A stretch of DNA of 64,000 nucleotides from NCBI RefSeq assembly GCF_018977255.1, contig NW_024704742.1, positions 121,150,001 through 121,214,000 on the forward strand, written 5' to 3'. The position numbers and the translations under genes are program-made. Source of the DNA: Callorhinchus milii. Taxonomy: Eukaryota. This document shows, piece after piece, positions 1 through 14,455 of the stretch. Below the pieces are notes generated by a model. It did no database searches. It saw only the letters and a program-made list of their open reading frames with translations, and was not told where the DNA came from. Numbering within the stretch: the stretch's first letter is position 1; the number at the start of each line of letters is the position of its first letter.

Positions 1-560
1 CCAAGGAGTATAGCTTCCGTCTTGTGCATATTCAGCTGCAGGACATTTACACTCATCCAGACCTTGATGTCTGCCAGACAAGCTGATAGAACATCGGTGG
101 ACCTGGAATTGACACTGGAGAGGGCAAAGTAGATTTGTGTGTTATCCGCAAACATGTGGAAGTTTACCCCATGTCTGCGGATGACATCGCCCAGAGGGAG
201 TATTTAGATAAAGAAAAAGGGCCAATGATGAAGTCGTGGGGTACCCCGCAGGTGACTGGGCGGGAGCGCGAGGAGAAACCATTTGCTGAGATGGAATGGA
301 GGTGGTTGGTTAAATAGGACTCGAAATACACGAGTGCGGTCCCACTAAGGTAGATGAGGGAGGAGGCGGTGGAGGAGGATCGCATGGTCGACTGTGTCAA
401 ATGCGGCAGAGATCCAGAAAGACAAGGAGGCAGAGGGAGCCCTGGTCACAGATAGAGAGAATGTTGTTTGTGACTTTGACAAGCGCTTGGTGTTTGACGT
501 GAAGATAGAGGGCTTGAGGGGGTGCACAGAGGAGGTGATGGATGGTGGAAAACAGCATCT
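1..560 (-). mobile_element. L2-clade LINE fragment (reverse transcriptase region)
   Basis: Degenerate RT peptides ([24 protein letters not shown]) homologous to the L2 copy at 24108-25747. Confidence 0.85.
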
Positions 561-865
561 TTGGATTGCAAGCCATAGACGGATGATGAAGTCCTAGCTG
601 GACATTCACTGCAAAGATTAGTAGAGCGCTCTCAACACAAAACTGTTCAGTTTTACGTAATAGTCTTAGCTAAGTAGGGCACATCCCAAGAGAGAGTGCA
701 TATTCTAATCCAGAGGGGGAAATGTCCATGCGTTGGTGGCATACATATGTGAAATGCTCTGATTTGGATACTCTTAAGCATGGTGATGGGGTTTGGTCAG
801 CCAATTGTGTCAGGCACCTGGCTGCCCCCAAAAATTAAACAAAATGATTGCTCATGATTTATATA

Positions 866-1185
866 ATAAATAATCCTTGTATTTGATATAGCGCCTTCAC
901 ATCTTTGAGACATTTCAAAGTACTTCACAGCATATACTGTAAAATGTAGTGACTGTGTATTTTGTGGGCAAAACACGGCAGCCAATTGCACCCACAGTGT
1001 CCCACAAATGGTCGTGGATTGAGTGACCCAATTATTATTTTTTTGGAGGATTACCCCTGAAAGCGATCCACCAATCGACTGAGAAGCAGGTTCCTACTTA
1101 CTGCTCGGTAAACAGAGGTGCATGTGTGGAATAAGGAACCTTGTCGAAGTTTTCGCCCTGCAGGGAATCGAACCCTGGTCCTCTT
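866..1185 (-). mobile_element. tRNA-derived SINE with L2-type tail
   Basis: Same body and (TTA)n-ending tail as the copies at 53074 and 61846. Confidence 0.8.
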
Positions 1186-1214
1186 CTGGTCCAGTTCAAA
1201 TGGACTGATAGTTC

Positions 1215-1620
1215 CAGAGTTAGATTTTTTGAATGGAATGCACACTCTCTCCCTGGAGGGACACATCCTGCTTACCTAATTATGGAAAGTATTAGGCACA
1301 GATTTGGCAAGAGCCAAAGCTTGGGGACTTCATAGTGTAAGTTTGAGTACTGCAGAAGTCTAAGCAGCTAAAACCACATAGCTTGCCATTGATATCACTG
1401 TCTGGCAAGATTTTCCGCTGCTTAACCAGCTAGGACCATCCTACTCATTAGGGCTTTGGCTTGCAGGATTAATAGAAGTTGAGTGGGAGGATTGCCTTCC
1501 CCCAGGGACTGGTCTGCCTTTCTAAGTTCTGCCAATGAGCCAGGCTGGCTGAACAATCAACACTGCCCTGGAATACTACGGACCTACCTGGCTCAGGAAC
1601 TGGACTATCAAGTCCCCCGG
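1215..1620 (+). repeat. Unclassified interspersed repeat (family X)
   Basis: Aligns by eye with 19070-19745, 60255-60750 and the reverse complement of 55700-56170. Confidence 0.75.
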
Positions 1621-1705
1621 AGGGCTGGCTCAATTCCAACATTCTGTTCCCAAAATGTCACCTTGGAGCCAGTTTTCTCGCTCAAGGAGGATTCAAACAG
1701 GTTCT

Positions 1706-1812
1706 GCGTTCTGACGAAGGGTCGTGGATCTGAAACGTTGACTCACTTTCCTTTCTCCATAGATGTTGCCTGACCTGCTGAGTGTTCCCAGCAACTTCTG
1801 TTTTTGTTTTCA
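1706..1812 (+). mobile_element. Penelope-like terminal-repeat fragment with hammerhead core
   Basis: CTGACGA-A-GGGTCGTGGATCT-GAAACGTTGACT; homologous to 3031-3194 and 61471-61713. Confidence 0.7.
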
Positions 1813-2400
1813 AACAGGATTGAGTTCCTATGTCTAATATATAATTCAACCATAGAGACCAAGCTGAATTGCCGGACTGTGCAGAATTAACTGCTCTTAG
1901 CTTAGGCAGCAATATGAATGCTCCAATTGATCCAAACACACTGGACTAAGGAACAACGTAAAAAAAAAACAGCATGCTGCCAGGCACCCAGAAATTCCTG
2001 CTGAAAAGTGCAAATGTGGGGACACTGGGCACAACTGTGAGACCCTGATGATTTTCACGTTCTATAAATTACCCACAAATGACAATTGCTGTGCAATCTG
2101 GTACAAGTGAGAGATACAAGAGCAAAATGTGAGGGATAGAAGAGCAAAATGTGGGTGTCTCAAATTTCTTTTCCTACTGTGTGCTCCTACTTAGTGTATC
2201 CAAGAATGGTGGGTGAGATGGAGAACCCATGTGGGAAGTAGCCTAGAATTAGATTCAGATTTGACATTTGCAAAACATATACAGTGCATAAATGCTTGCC
2301 ATTGTTTGTTCTATTTATTGCAAATGGACTGATAGCTATATTATAAAACAAGCACTTTTGATTTTTAGTCATATGCTCTGACATCACTCAGTTACTACTA

Positions 2401-2598
<198 letters not shown>

Positions 2599-3030
2599 TT
2601 AAAATCATGAAAAGGTCGAGACATAATAAGCCACACATTCTCCACAAAACAGAATTTGCTTTCTGGTTTATGTTTTGGATTTGTCAGATCAGTAAAAGAC
2701 GTAGAGAAAGATGAACAAAATTTACAACAATGACTATATACGTTCCTAGAAGAGATGCAGTTGCCATTACCAGGATACCAAGTAACTCATATTCATTTGG
2801 AAACTAAACATTCCCAAGACCATTCCCAAATCAACTAGGATATGTTCTATATCATTTAATTCAGTCCAAATACACATATTTAGTTATTCAAACTTAGCCA
2901 CCATACTTTCACTAGAATTTTGAGATACTATAATTTTGTGCACAATAGTTGAAAAAATTGAGCTTAATATATGGATAATAGAACAATATCTGTGAGTTTG
3001 TTACAAACAACAACAACTTGCATTTATATA

Positions 3031-3194
3031 CAAAACGCAAAATACTGCAGATGCTGTAAATCTGAAAACAAGAACAGGAGTCGCTGGAAACACACAGCAG
3101 GTCGCATCGAAGGGTAGTGGATCCGAAACGTTGAGTCACTTTCCTTTCTCCATAGATTTTGCCTGACCTGCTGAGTGTTCCCAGCGACTTCCGC
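3031..3194. mobile_element. Penelope-like inverted terminal-repeat insertion with 15-bp target-site duplication
   Basis: Partial inverted arms; flanked by ACTTGCATTTATA(T/C)A at 3016-3030 and 3195-3209. Confidence 0.75.
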
Positions 3195-3209
3195 ACTTGC
3201 ATTTATACA

Positions 3210-4010
3210 GCTCCCTTCACATGGGATAGGTTGACAGTGGTGGAGTCTGACCCCGAGCAAGGGGGAGAGGGAGGTGACCATAAGCTTGATGAAAAAGGAA
3301 GGTCTTTAGGCAAGATTTGAAAGTGGGGAGGAGGAAACAGGTAAAGTGGAGGGATTGAGGGAGGGAGTTCCAAAGCTTCAGGGCATATTAGCTGAAAGCA
3401 CAGCCACAGATGGTGGAGAGGAGGGGGCGAGGGACAAACAGGAGACTGGAACCGGCCGAGCGGAGGCAGTGGGCGGTGGAATGTGGGGGGGGTAAGTAAA
3501 TCAGATAGGTAGGGAGGTGCGAGGGCATGAAGGGATTTGAAAACGAGTGAGAGGATCTTGAAGCAGGTTTTGAAGGTGGGGAAGGAAGAAGCAAGGCAGA
3601 GAGACTCTGCTCAAAAGCTCACCTACTAACAGCTAAGCAGGTGGGGGAGAGTGGGGGAAGGGAGGAACGAGAAGTAGGCAAGTATCTGCTCGTTCCAGCA
3701 CCTTGGAGAGGAACAGCAAGTTAGAAATGGGTCAGTATCAGGAGAGCATAGAGGAATCTAGTGAGAGTTTATTGAAGATGGTGATGATAATGGTGTTAGG
3801 AAAGGGGGAAGTGTTGTGTCAGTGGAGAGGAAGAGGTTGATAACATTGATTTGGAGTAGAGCACGGAGAGGAAGCTGAACAAGCGGAGGCATGAGCTCAA
3901 AGAAGCAGGTGGTGGGATTTATGCAGGAGATAAGGGAGGAGATAAAAGACTACAAAGATGCAGAGAGTGAAGGTGGAGGGGAAGAAGATGAAGATAACAG
4001 AGGCACCTGA
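3210..4010 (-). mobile_element. Old L2 LINE fragments
   Basis: Purine-rich plus strand; minus-strand peptide LRSAGSSLLFVPR typical of the L2 ORF2 C-terminus. Confidence 0.7.
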
Positions 4011-4404
4011 ACGAATCTTCTCAATTTTAAACCAAAACGTTATCAACTTTCCACTAAACAAATGCTTGAACAATATTTTTTTAAGTGCCATCAGTAAACG
4101 GACAATCATTAACCTGATGGTACTTCAGCATTAACACTAGCTCCCTGACATTATTAGACTTGATAATCTTCAGTGTTTAATATAAAAATGAGTTGATAGA
4201 ATAAAAGGATGTAGAAATTTATCATAATTCTTGTAGTAGTTGAATATCTATAACCAGTCCAGATAGTAATTTGTCTTAAAGCTACACCCGGGCAATCCAA
4301 AGAGAAACTGTCAAATATCAATAAAAGTGGCATTTTCACAGAAAGCCAATATGACACTTTTTAAAACAAATGAAAATGCATCTATCACTCCACCTCAAAA
4401 TTAC

Positions 4405-4456
4405 CTCTGTTGTCTTTGGCAGGAGTTTCATTCTTGGGAACCACAGTTCGGCGATT
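4405..4456 (-). CDS. KIF2A: KIF2A coding exon 4 (NRRTVVPKNETPAKDNR-V)
   Basis: AG/GTAA-flanked 52-nt exon with phases that fit exons 3 and 5; similar to human NRRTVASIKNDPPSRDNR. Confidence 0.92.
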
Positions 4457-5577
4457 CTTTTAAAGACAAAAATGCAAGCAAAGTCACAATTTTGCACTCC
4501 AGCAAAATCACACTTTTGACAACAGATCGCTTAGAATATAAAAAGCAAAAGTAAAATAAAAGTTTGCCTCATTACGAATGAATAAATAATCTTTCTCCAA
4601 CCTATTTACAATCTCAAAACTGTAACTGTTGATGTGCAACCATTGAGATATTATTGTACATGACCTCAGCTTCAGGTCAAGTATGACCCCACAATATGTC
4701 CTCTTTCCACTCGTCCTCATGGGCATTAATAGCATATACTGCTGCAACAAAGTAGCCACGTAACCAATGGTAACCACATCTTCCTGAACAACTGTAGAGA
4801 ACGTTTGAAACATAACTTTATTAACCTGTGCAGTTAGATTGCTATAAATTTCACTCAGTTCACTTAGTACGTACAATATTATCTATTACTATATCTGCAC
4901 TTTATATTTTTAAATGCAATTTTTTTATCTATATGTTCAATTTCTGTAATATTTTTCAGTTAGAATATCAATAGAACCTCATCTCTTTTATATAAAAACA
5001 TCCTTTACTTTGCACATGAACTGGAACAACTGGAAAAGCTGGCGGCCGTGTAAACAAAGCTCTTTGGTTCAAGTATTAGTACGGCCTCAGCTAGTGATGT
5101 TGACAGGTACTTGCCTAATGGCCAAGACAATCCTTGCATATCAAGAGAAAGCAACAGATCTAGCACACACTGATGGAAAAAGTGCAGTAATCGTTTGTGC
5201 ATGTGAGTGACAACAAATGCCTTGGAGCATTTAGAATGATTAAGCAGCACTAAGACTACACTGTTCCATGTAAAATAAAGACTACATATTCACGACTAAA
5301 AGCAAAAAAAAACAGGAGAACTGAGGTCACCACTTTGAAGCAATGAGAAGCAACTCTCTCTAACAACATAGCAACCTTGGGGATTTGATGCCTGAGATAT
5401 GTGGAAGACATCAGAAAGAAACAATGATCAACTCAATCTTAAATGGAGCACATTAAGAGGTATTTTGCACAGGCCAACAGTGTAAATCGACAGACAGTCT
5501 CCGTTATATTTTTTAAAAAAGCATAAGCAACCTACTTGTAAAGCAACTTACAAGACATAAAAATGGATAACAAGTTA

Positions 5578-5733
<156 letters not shown>

Positions 5734-6276
5734 TTAGCTTCTAAAATTTACATGAAGTCTGAACTCATAGCTTTTGAAAACTATAATTCAGTCATCAGTG
5801 TTTTGAGTTCTATTATATGTATTTTATTACTTTTCCCAAAATATATAAAATAAGGACAGGGTTGGTGCTTTAGTCATGCTGGATTTGCAAAAGAGGCTGT
5901 TGAATGACAGTAACCATATTGAGTTCAATTGCCTCTATATACATGATATTAAGAGATGGTCAAGGGCATTGTGGAGAAGTACAATAATGATATTTCACTT
6001 ATGACTACCATTCCCATATAATGAGCAACAGTGGTCTGACAAGAGATTTCTGCAAATGTTGAATCTCCCTCTTTCTGGTGCCTGGACTAATGGATAAGGA
6101 AGAAGCAGCAGTCATGTGGATGGGTTGATGGACCAGATACACTTGCTGGCTCTGAGGAGCTTCTTGAAAATACAGTAAAACTCTCATACTCTTATCTCCA
6201 TAAATCATATAATCTCCTAAATGATACACGCACCAAGTCGCATTCAGTTTCCTATCAAAACCACTTTGATTTCTTT

Positions 6277-6860
6277 GCACTCGCCTCGCAAGCGAGAGAC
6301 CTAGGTTCTATTCCGGGCACGGTGAAATGTTGGGCAAGTTTCCCTTACTCCACACACCTTTGTTTACCTAGCAGTAAGTAGGAATCCGGTTGTTAGTCGG
6401 GGATAATACCTAAAAAAATTATAATAATTTGGTCACTCAATCAACGACTGTTTGTGGGACACTGTTGTGTGCAATTGGCCGCCGCGTTTCGGCTACAAAT
6501 ATAGTCAATTCGCTTTACAGTAATAATAATAATCCTTGCATTCGGTATAATGCTTTTCTCGTCTTCTAGACGTCTCAAAGCGCTTCACAGAATATACGTA
6601 AAGTGAATTGACTGTATATTTGTGGGCGAAACACAGCAGCCAATTGTGCACAGCAGTGTCCCACAAATGTCGTGAATTGAGTGACCAAATTATTGTTATT
6701 TTTGGAGGGATTAATATCCCCGGAAAAGCAATCCGCCAATCGACTATGTTCTATATATATTCTATATTCAATCTCAGTATATTCTGTGAAGCGCTTTGAG
6801 ACGTCTAGAAGACGTGAAAAGCGCTATATCAAATGCAAGGATTATTATAATATTATTATT
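6277..6860. mobile_element. tRNA-derived SINE (+) with an inverted copy of the same family nested inside (about 6521-6745, -)
   Basis: Plus-strand head and body, then a reverse-complement tail and body, then the plus-strand tail resumes at about 6776. Confidence 0.8.
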
Positions 6861-9181
6861 TATCACCTCCTAACTCTTAACACCTCAGATGCATTGATTC
6901 ACAGGAAACGTAATGTTGACCAGTCACCACATGTAAACTTACTGGTTGCATTGAATTATGCACGCGCTGTGTAGATTATTGATTTAATCAGATTTTGTAC
7001 GACTTGTACAAGTTTGCCTGCATATATAGTGGAGGCCATGTAGCTTAGTGGGTAGAGCACTTGTCTCGCAATCGAGAGGACCCTGGTTTGATTCCCAGGA
7101 AGAGCGAAATGTTGGCCAAGTTTCCTTACTCCACATGCCTGTTTACCTAACAGGAAGAAGGAACCCAGTTGTTAGTCGAATGGCGAATCGCATTTGACAA
7201 TCATGTTTAGCCCTCACTAGGTGGATGGCAGGTACCAGAAACTTCCTGCGAGATTCCTAATGGACAACACAGCTCAACATGAAATGCGTGAGAGCATTGC
7301 CACAATCTTCCTGTCGACAGCTCAGACATGCCCATTGAGCAAATGTTCCAGCAGTCTCCTTTGCAGTGGAATGGGGTAATGCCAGCTGAATACAGGATTT
7401 GATACTGGCTCGTACATAACTTTCACCTCCATACTCATTTCAAAATTGCTCCAGACACAAAATTCCATTTCACATTTGTTCAGGTGTATTCTCTCAGGAA
7501 GCATGAAACTCTTAGCAAAATGTAACCGCCTGAGGAATCAGCAACAGCAAAATAAAGGCTGAAGAAAACAGTCAGACTTTAATTAATGGCAGTTCACAAC
7601 AATAGGGGAAGTAATAGCCCCTAGACAACACACACGAAAGGGACAGATACAACAACAACAAAATTATATTTGTATAGTGCCTTTCACATCGGGAGGACGT
7701 CCCAAGGCACTTGATAATTCCAAATTAGTAGCTTTCGAGGCCTAAGAAGGTTTGCTCCAGTTATGTCAAAATGGAAATGGTGGGTATTGGGCAACACACG
7801 TCTGTTACTGGAATGGAAATTTACTATATTCAGTGTAAAATGGCTGATCCCAGGATCTAGCAGTTTTAAAATCACATCTGACGCACACAAATATCTCCTT
7901 TTATACACTTTGGACATATGACCATTCAGTTGAATATTTATCCCTATTAAGTAATGTTTGTGATGAAGAGATCAAATAAAGGATTTAATTGTTGCAACCT
8001 CATGTTTGTGCTTATGACTGAATCATGTGGTGTTATCTTAAATATCTTTAAAAAAATGTAAAATAAGGTCATGTTTATGTGACGCTTCGGACAGCCTTGG
8101 AGCTAAAACTGTGGACCTGAACTAACAAATAAACACTAACAAATACATGATGAACTAGTTCAGCCTTTGCAGACCTCCAAAATATAACGGTTAATGGATT
8201 CAATCAGTCAGCTCTAACAATCCCGATTTAGGAAAAGAAAAATGTGACAAGGCCTTTCGGACCATCAAGTCTACTCCTTCCATAACCATGCAAAATCTAC
8301 ATAATCATGGATTCCACCCACTATTTTGTAGAATAATGTTCTACAAAATTACTCCGATACACATTCACAGCACCCCTTGTGGCCCTGGTGGATCTATACC
8401 TAAATACTCACTCCGGATAAGTGGTCGCTGAGCCCTTTTCCCTTGGGAATGACACGTTATCAGGTGTTTACTATACAACACCTCTATTATCTCCATTACT
8501 CATCTAATCTCTAGCAATTAATTCATATTTATAAAAAACCAATATATAAAAGGGTCAACTTAACTTTCTTCCTCTCTCAAAAAACTATATTTATCTGCAG
8601 ATATTTAAAAGTGCCACTCAGAGCTGTGGATAACTATAGCTGTTTCATGTGCAAAAAAAGACAAAAAGCAAAGTTAACAAAAGCATTTTGCTAAAAAATA
8701 ATATCCTAAATAAGTATGGTAGAAGCCTTATAAGATTATGTACACCAATAATATTTCAATAGATTACATAAAAATAAGTCTTAAATTTTGCATTAAACCT
8801 TTTGGACTTCAGATATCACTTAAATACATTATTTGTTAAATTGTTGAAATTCCACCCAAGTAGCTGGGCTGGAACGGTATTTTAAAAGTTCTTAAATGAT
8901 AATGTCAGTTATCACAGATGGATGGATATTGCAGCTGGAACAGAACAGAGAAGAACTTAAAACTAAACCAAAATAATAAATATATTTCAGTTATTTTCCC
9001 CACATAGTTGAAAGATTAATGATTTTCTCATAATTAATTGTTATAGAAGAAACCCCCAAAGAGGGTAACTATCTTCCAGTGATTGCTTTAAAAGGTCCTC
9101 AGTCACATTTAGAGCAAATTTTGAACATCAAAAAACAGTAGCCATTCAAATATTACAGTGGCATATTGAAAGCATTCATTA

Positions 9182-9313
<132 letters not shown>

Positions 9314-10269
9314 TTAAAATCTATATGGAGGCGATTTCAAAATAATGAGACCTAAAAGCTACACTAGCAAGAAACTCTTACCCAAATCATGCAAACCATA
9401 CTTTTCATTGAACCAGAGTTATGCTTTCACATCTCATTGCTGCCCTGCTTTGAATATTAAGTTAGGAAACATTTACAATAGACTACAATTGTTTTCCAAA
9501 GGTCTTCATTCAGCATCACAAGGATATCACAAGGATATAACTATTTCTATCTGCTTCAATCACAAATCCACAGACTACAAATAAGTGGTGTAAGCTGGCC
9601 ATTCAGCCCATCAAGCATGTTGCACCAGTCTACTACATCTTGACAACGATCACCCCACCTCACAGTGGGCCCAAGTTTCCGGAGTAGAGTGGTAGAGTGA
9701 GAATCGAAATCCCAGAGGTTGGAGGGAGCGAGGGTGTGAAGTGATATGTAGGTGGGGATGTCAGAGTAAATCTTGGAGGCCCGCGTTTGGTGAAGACAGG
9801 GTGATGGGCCTGCAAAGTCTCCTTCAGATCAAGATGCAGGGGGTGGAATTTTTAGTAAGCTGTGGATGACGAAGCTGGGGAGACCAGCAACGAGGAAATT
9901 TAAAAAGCCGAGTCTGTCAAAAATGCAAATGAAAGACTAGAACTGTACATAATAATCCAAATAGACCTTACCAAGACATTTTACAACCCATTATTACGAA
10001 CCATATGCTCTTATAAATCTACCTCTGCACCCTAAAATCTTGTTTGCCTTTCTTGCCATGGGCTGAAGGCTGCAAAATATCAACGAGTACCTTCAGATCC
10101 TTCTTCTGGTTTATGTCCTTTAGGCATACAACAACCAGTTTATAATAATTGTGGCATTTTAATAGTACTTTGATACAACAACAACAACACAATTACATTG
10201 AGGGGTGAGGGAAGGCAGAGCGGGTCATGGCTTGGATGTGGGGAAGAATAGACAGTTGAGGATCGAACA

Positions 10270-10797
10270 AGACAACAACAAGATTACATTTGTATAGTGC
10301 CTTTCACATAAGGAAGACATCCCAAGGCGCTGGACAGTGTACAGCATTTCAGACCCGAGCTGGGGTCAGGGGGGAGAAGGGAGGGGAGGGGAAGGGGGGG
10401 TGGCCAGTGGCATGGTCGAAGAGGAGGGTCTTGATTCGGGACTTGAAGGAAGCTAAGCAAAGGGCGAGGCGGAGCAATTGGGGGGTGGAGTTCCAGAGGT
10501 TGGGGGCAGAGTGGCTGAAGGCTCTCTCGCCAATGGTGGGGCGGGTGGGTCGGGGGATGTGGAGCAGGCCAGAGCCGGCTGAGCGGAGGGAGCGAGCGGG
10601 TTGGTAGGGGGTTAGGAGGTCGCAGAGGTAGAGTGGGGTGAGACCATTGAGGGCTTTGTAGGTGAGGACCAGGATCTTGAACTGGATCCTCTGAAGGATA
10701 GGGAGCCAATGGAGTCGGGCGAGAGTGGGGGAGATGGGGTCACGGAGTTTGGTGCGGGAGAGGACATGGGCTGCAGAGTTCTGAATTATCTGCACCT
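10270..10797 (-). mobile_element. Young 5'-truncated L2 LINE
   Basis: Open ORF2 C-terminus (QNSAAHVLSRTKLRDPISPTLARLHWLPILQRIQFK) and a (TTG)n tail. Confidence 0.9.
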
Positions 10798-11024
10798 AGG
10801 TTCAGGATTTTACTGTGAAGTGTAATGACTGTATCTGTAGGTGAAACAGCAACCAATTTGCGCACAGCAATATCCCACAAACAGCTATGTTGTGAGTAAC
10901 CAATTTTATTTGGGGATCTGTTGTCCAAGTCACTGTGAGAAGAAACTCCATTCTCTTTTAAATAGAGCCTTGGGGTGTTGAATGTCCACCCTACACAGGC
11001 AGACAGCTCATTGTGTCAACTCAG

Positions 11025-11380
11025 CTAAGCTAATAGCACTCTTGCTTCTGGATCAGAAGGTTGTGGATTCAAGCTTCATGTTAAGATTTTGAGCTCACAG
11101 TCAAGAGGACACCCAAGTTCTGGAGAAGCTCTACATTGTTAGAGATATTATTAAAGATTCCATGGCAGATCTCAAAATGAGAAGGGAGTTTCTCTTGATG
11201 TCCTGGCAAACAATCCTCTAAAAGGCTATTCACTCCCATGATTGCTCATCACTGTGAGAATATTGGCTGCAGCACCTGCCTACAAATACACAATTACTGT
11301 ATTTGACAACAATTACCTGTAAAATTCATTGACAAGTCAACAATATAGCTGCTATACCAATGCAAGGATTATTATTATTA
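11025..11380 (+). mobile_element. Old Deu-domain-like SINE
   Basis: Degenerate tRNA head and body similar to the 51335-51782 copy; GGATTATTATTA tail. Confidence 0.55.
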
Positions 11381-13899
11381 TATAGACCCAATCCTTATTT
11401 CTCATGACCTCGCATACACCAATATTAAACATCTGCCAGTTCTCCTCTGCTGAACCCCTTTTCCTGTAGGATACTTACTCTGTACCCACAGCAATACATC
11501 CTTTTCCAGGTTGACTATATATTTTCTGATCAGGCATGCAAACAATTTTTCCTATCTTTTCGTCCTTTCATGGCACATTGGATTGAACAATACGAATTCC
11601 TGCTTTCCAGTAGTTAATTATATGTTTTTCTTGAGGAAAGTCACACATAGAAAAAGCATGCTGCTGTTCTAAAACAAATAATGCAATTGGTCCTAGCCAT
11701 GCATCCTCTTTTCCCTATATCAACTGACATATGAAATAATATGCCCCTTCAGAAACGCCATACAGGCATCTCACAAACCCATTGTAGTTTATAATGAATA
11801 CTATACTAGATTAATACAGGCACTGCAAAGCTAAATATATTGCCAAATCTTTTTTTTCCTGCAATGACTACTGTTTAATCTGCAGAAAGGAGACAAAGTA
11901 GGAAGGGCATTTTCAAACAATCAGCATAACTGTAGCAAGCTCAGATACAACACTGTCTGTATATGTATTCATAACAAAACTCAGTATTATACCAGATATC
12001 AAAAAATAGTAATAACAGTAATTAATGAAAGAACTTGCAATTTTATAGCATCTTGAAATGTCAAAACATCTCAATGCATTCTAAAAAGTAATTACTGGCA
12101 AGCATAAGGCTATTTCGTGTAGACAAATATAAAGCATTTGTGCCGGCAAGGTCCCATAACAATCATGAGGTAAAAGACCAATTAATCTGGAGGATGATGA
12201 GCAATACGAAAAATACGAAAAAAATCTTGTCTCTTTTGGAACACAGTAATGTCATGACATCTTTAATATCCACCTAAGAGGCAGTTAATATGAATTGCTG
12301 AGTAAAATGAATTTTCTTTCTCCATTTGGTATTGAAAATGTCCAAATACACAAAGACAAATATTTAGTGAAATGTAAATTTAACATAATACAATACAAAA
12401 TTACATTTGTGTAGCGCCTTTCACGTCAGGAGGACGTTCCAAGGTGCTGGAATGCACATTAATGCACATTAACTACCTGTATGTGTCTTATATTTTTGTC
12501 ATTCTGGTATTCCTACTTTCAATTATTAAAGACCTTTGACAAAGCAGAATTAAATAATACACTTCATATTACAATGCCCGGGGGCACCAGCTTGGTCCCT
12601 TTATATCAATGTGTTACACTCATTCATACAAGCAAGCCACCTCTCCACAGAAAGTAAAAATACCCTTACCTTTTACTTTACTTTTATTTTACTTTATTTT
12701 ATTTTACTTGAAAGTCTTTGAAAGTTATCACTACGACTGGGGATAGGGAGCCAGTGAAGCCAAGCTAGCAGTCAACTCCAGATTGGCATTGTTAGAGCTT
12801 GAGAAACAAATCTGAGACTCACAAATAAATACAAAAGAAAGACTATTTTGTGCAGCACAGGAAAAAGGAAAAAAGAGCAATGTTTAATTTGTATAAGACA
12901 CTGGTTAGGCTGCATTTGGGAGTAATGTATCCAGTTAAAGACAGGCCAAAATGACATCCAAGCCATTACGTGGGTATAGAAGAGATTTACTAGAATTATA
13001 CCAGGTATACAGGTTCTAGTTACGTGGAAAGATTTGTAAAGTTCGAACACGTTTCAATGTTACGCAGGGATTCTAACAAAGTTTTCAATTTTCTTAATAT
13101 AATCCTTACATTTGATATGGCACCTTTCACATTGGAAGGCTGTCTAAAGGAGTTTTATAGGATTTCCTGTAAAATGCAGCGGCTACATTTTGTAAGCAAA
13201 CAAAGCAGCCAATTTAAACATAGAAATGTCCCACACATAGCCATAAAGTGAATGACCAATTTTCTGGTGGATTGTTGGCCAGAACATCAGGACAAACTCC
13301 CTTCACTCCTCTCTTATATAATTAACAACCAATAAAAAGGCAATTGTTTACACAATTTTCACACTGTTGAAAAGTAACTTGTTCCCTCAAATGTCAAGAA
13401 CACCAAGTTTAATAATTGAGTATTAATTTGACTTTTAGTTTAAAGATTTGGGCCAAGTTGGAAATTGTTACATATATTTATCACCTATCAGCACAATTCA
13501 AGTTAAAGGGCTTCCGTCCATACTTGGAATTTCTCTTATTAGAAATGGTATTGCTTACAAAGAGTGTGGCTTATTGAAAAACCCTTAACACTTGAATTAT
13601 AGATTTAAAAAATGCACATTGCAAAATGGCACACAAGCCATCCTTTCTATGCTGTAACCATTCTACAAATTCAAACAAAACTCTGGAAGTCCAATAGACC
13701 ATAATAGATACACAGTATCTAGAATGATCCAGAGTCCCTATTCACATCTTTTTTTTAAAAAAAACTCCTTCGTTCCATACACCTCATCAACAACAACAAC
13801 AACAAGATTCCATTTATAAAGCGCCTTTCACGTCAGGAGGACGTCCCATATGGAACCATATGGAGAAGCGCCAATAAAATTACACTGTAGCTCAAGGTT

Positions 13900-14455
13900 T
13901 GAAAAACATTTCCCTAAAACCCAGTGGTCCTGGAATCAAGGGTGGAGGCAGAGAGGTAGAGTTGGGCGTCACCCGCATACATGTGGAAGTTGACCCCATG
14001 TCTGTGGATGATGTCACCAAGGAGGAGCATATAGATATTGAAGAGGAACACCACACAAGATGGTGCGGGGGCTGGAAGAGAAGCCGTTTGAGGAGATGAA
14101 TTCCAGGTGGTGTGAGTGGTATGATCTGAACCAGTCAAGGACAGCGCCATGGAGGTTGAGGTGAGAGGAGAGGCGGTGGATGAGGATAGAGTGGCCGAAG
14201 GTGTCGAAAGCAGCAGAGAGGTCAAGCAGAATGAGAGAGCCCTGGTCGCAGATGGGACAGAATATTATTTGTCACTTAGACCAGGGCAGCACAGGGCAGC
14301 ACAGAAACACGATTGGAGAGGTTCAAGAAGGGAATGACACAGAGAAAGGAGCGAAGCTGAGAAGCAACAACTCGTTCCAGGACCTTGGAGAGGAAGGGGA
14401 GGTTGGAGATGGAGCGGTAGTTAAGGAGCAGAGAAGGGTCCAGGGAGGGTTTGAA
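13900..14455 (-). mobile_element. L2 LINE fragment (RT)
   Basis: [24 protein letters not shown] peptide. Confidence 0.85.

Noticed and set aside
8323..8349. 11-bp inverted repeat ATTTTGTAGAA/TTCTACAAAAT
   Set aside because: Short, AT-rich and single-copy; compatible with chance or a local duplication.
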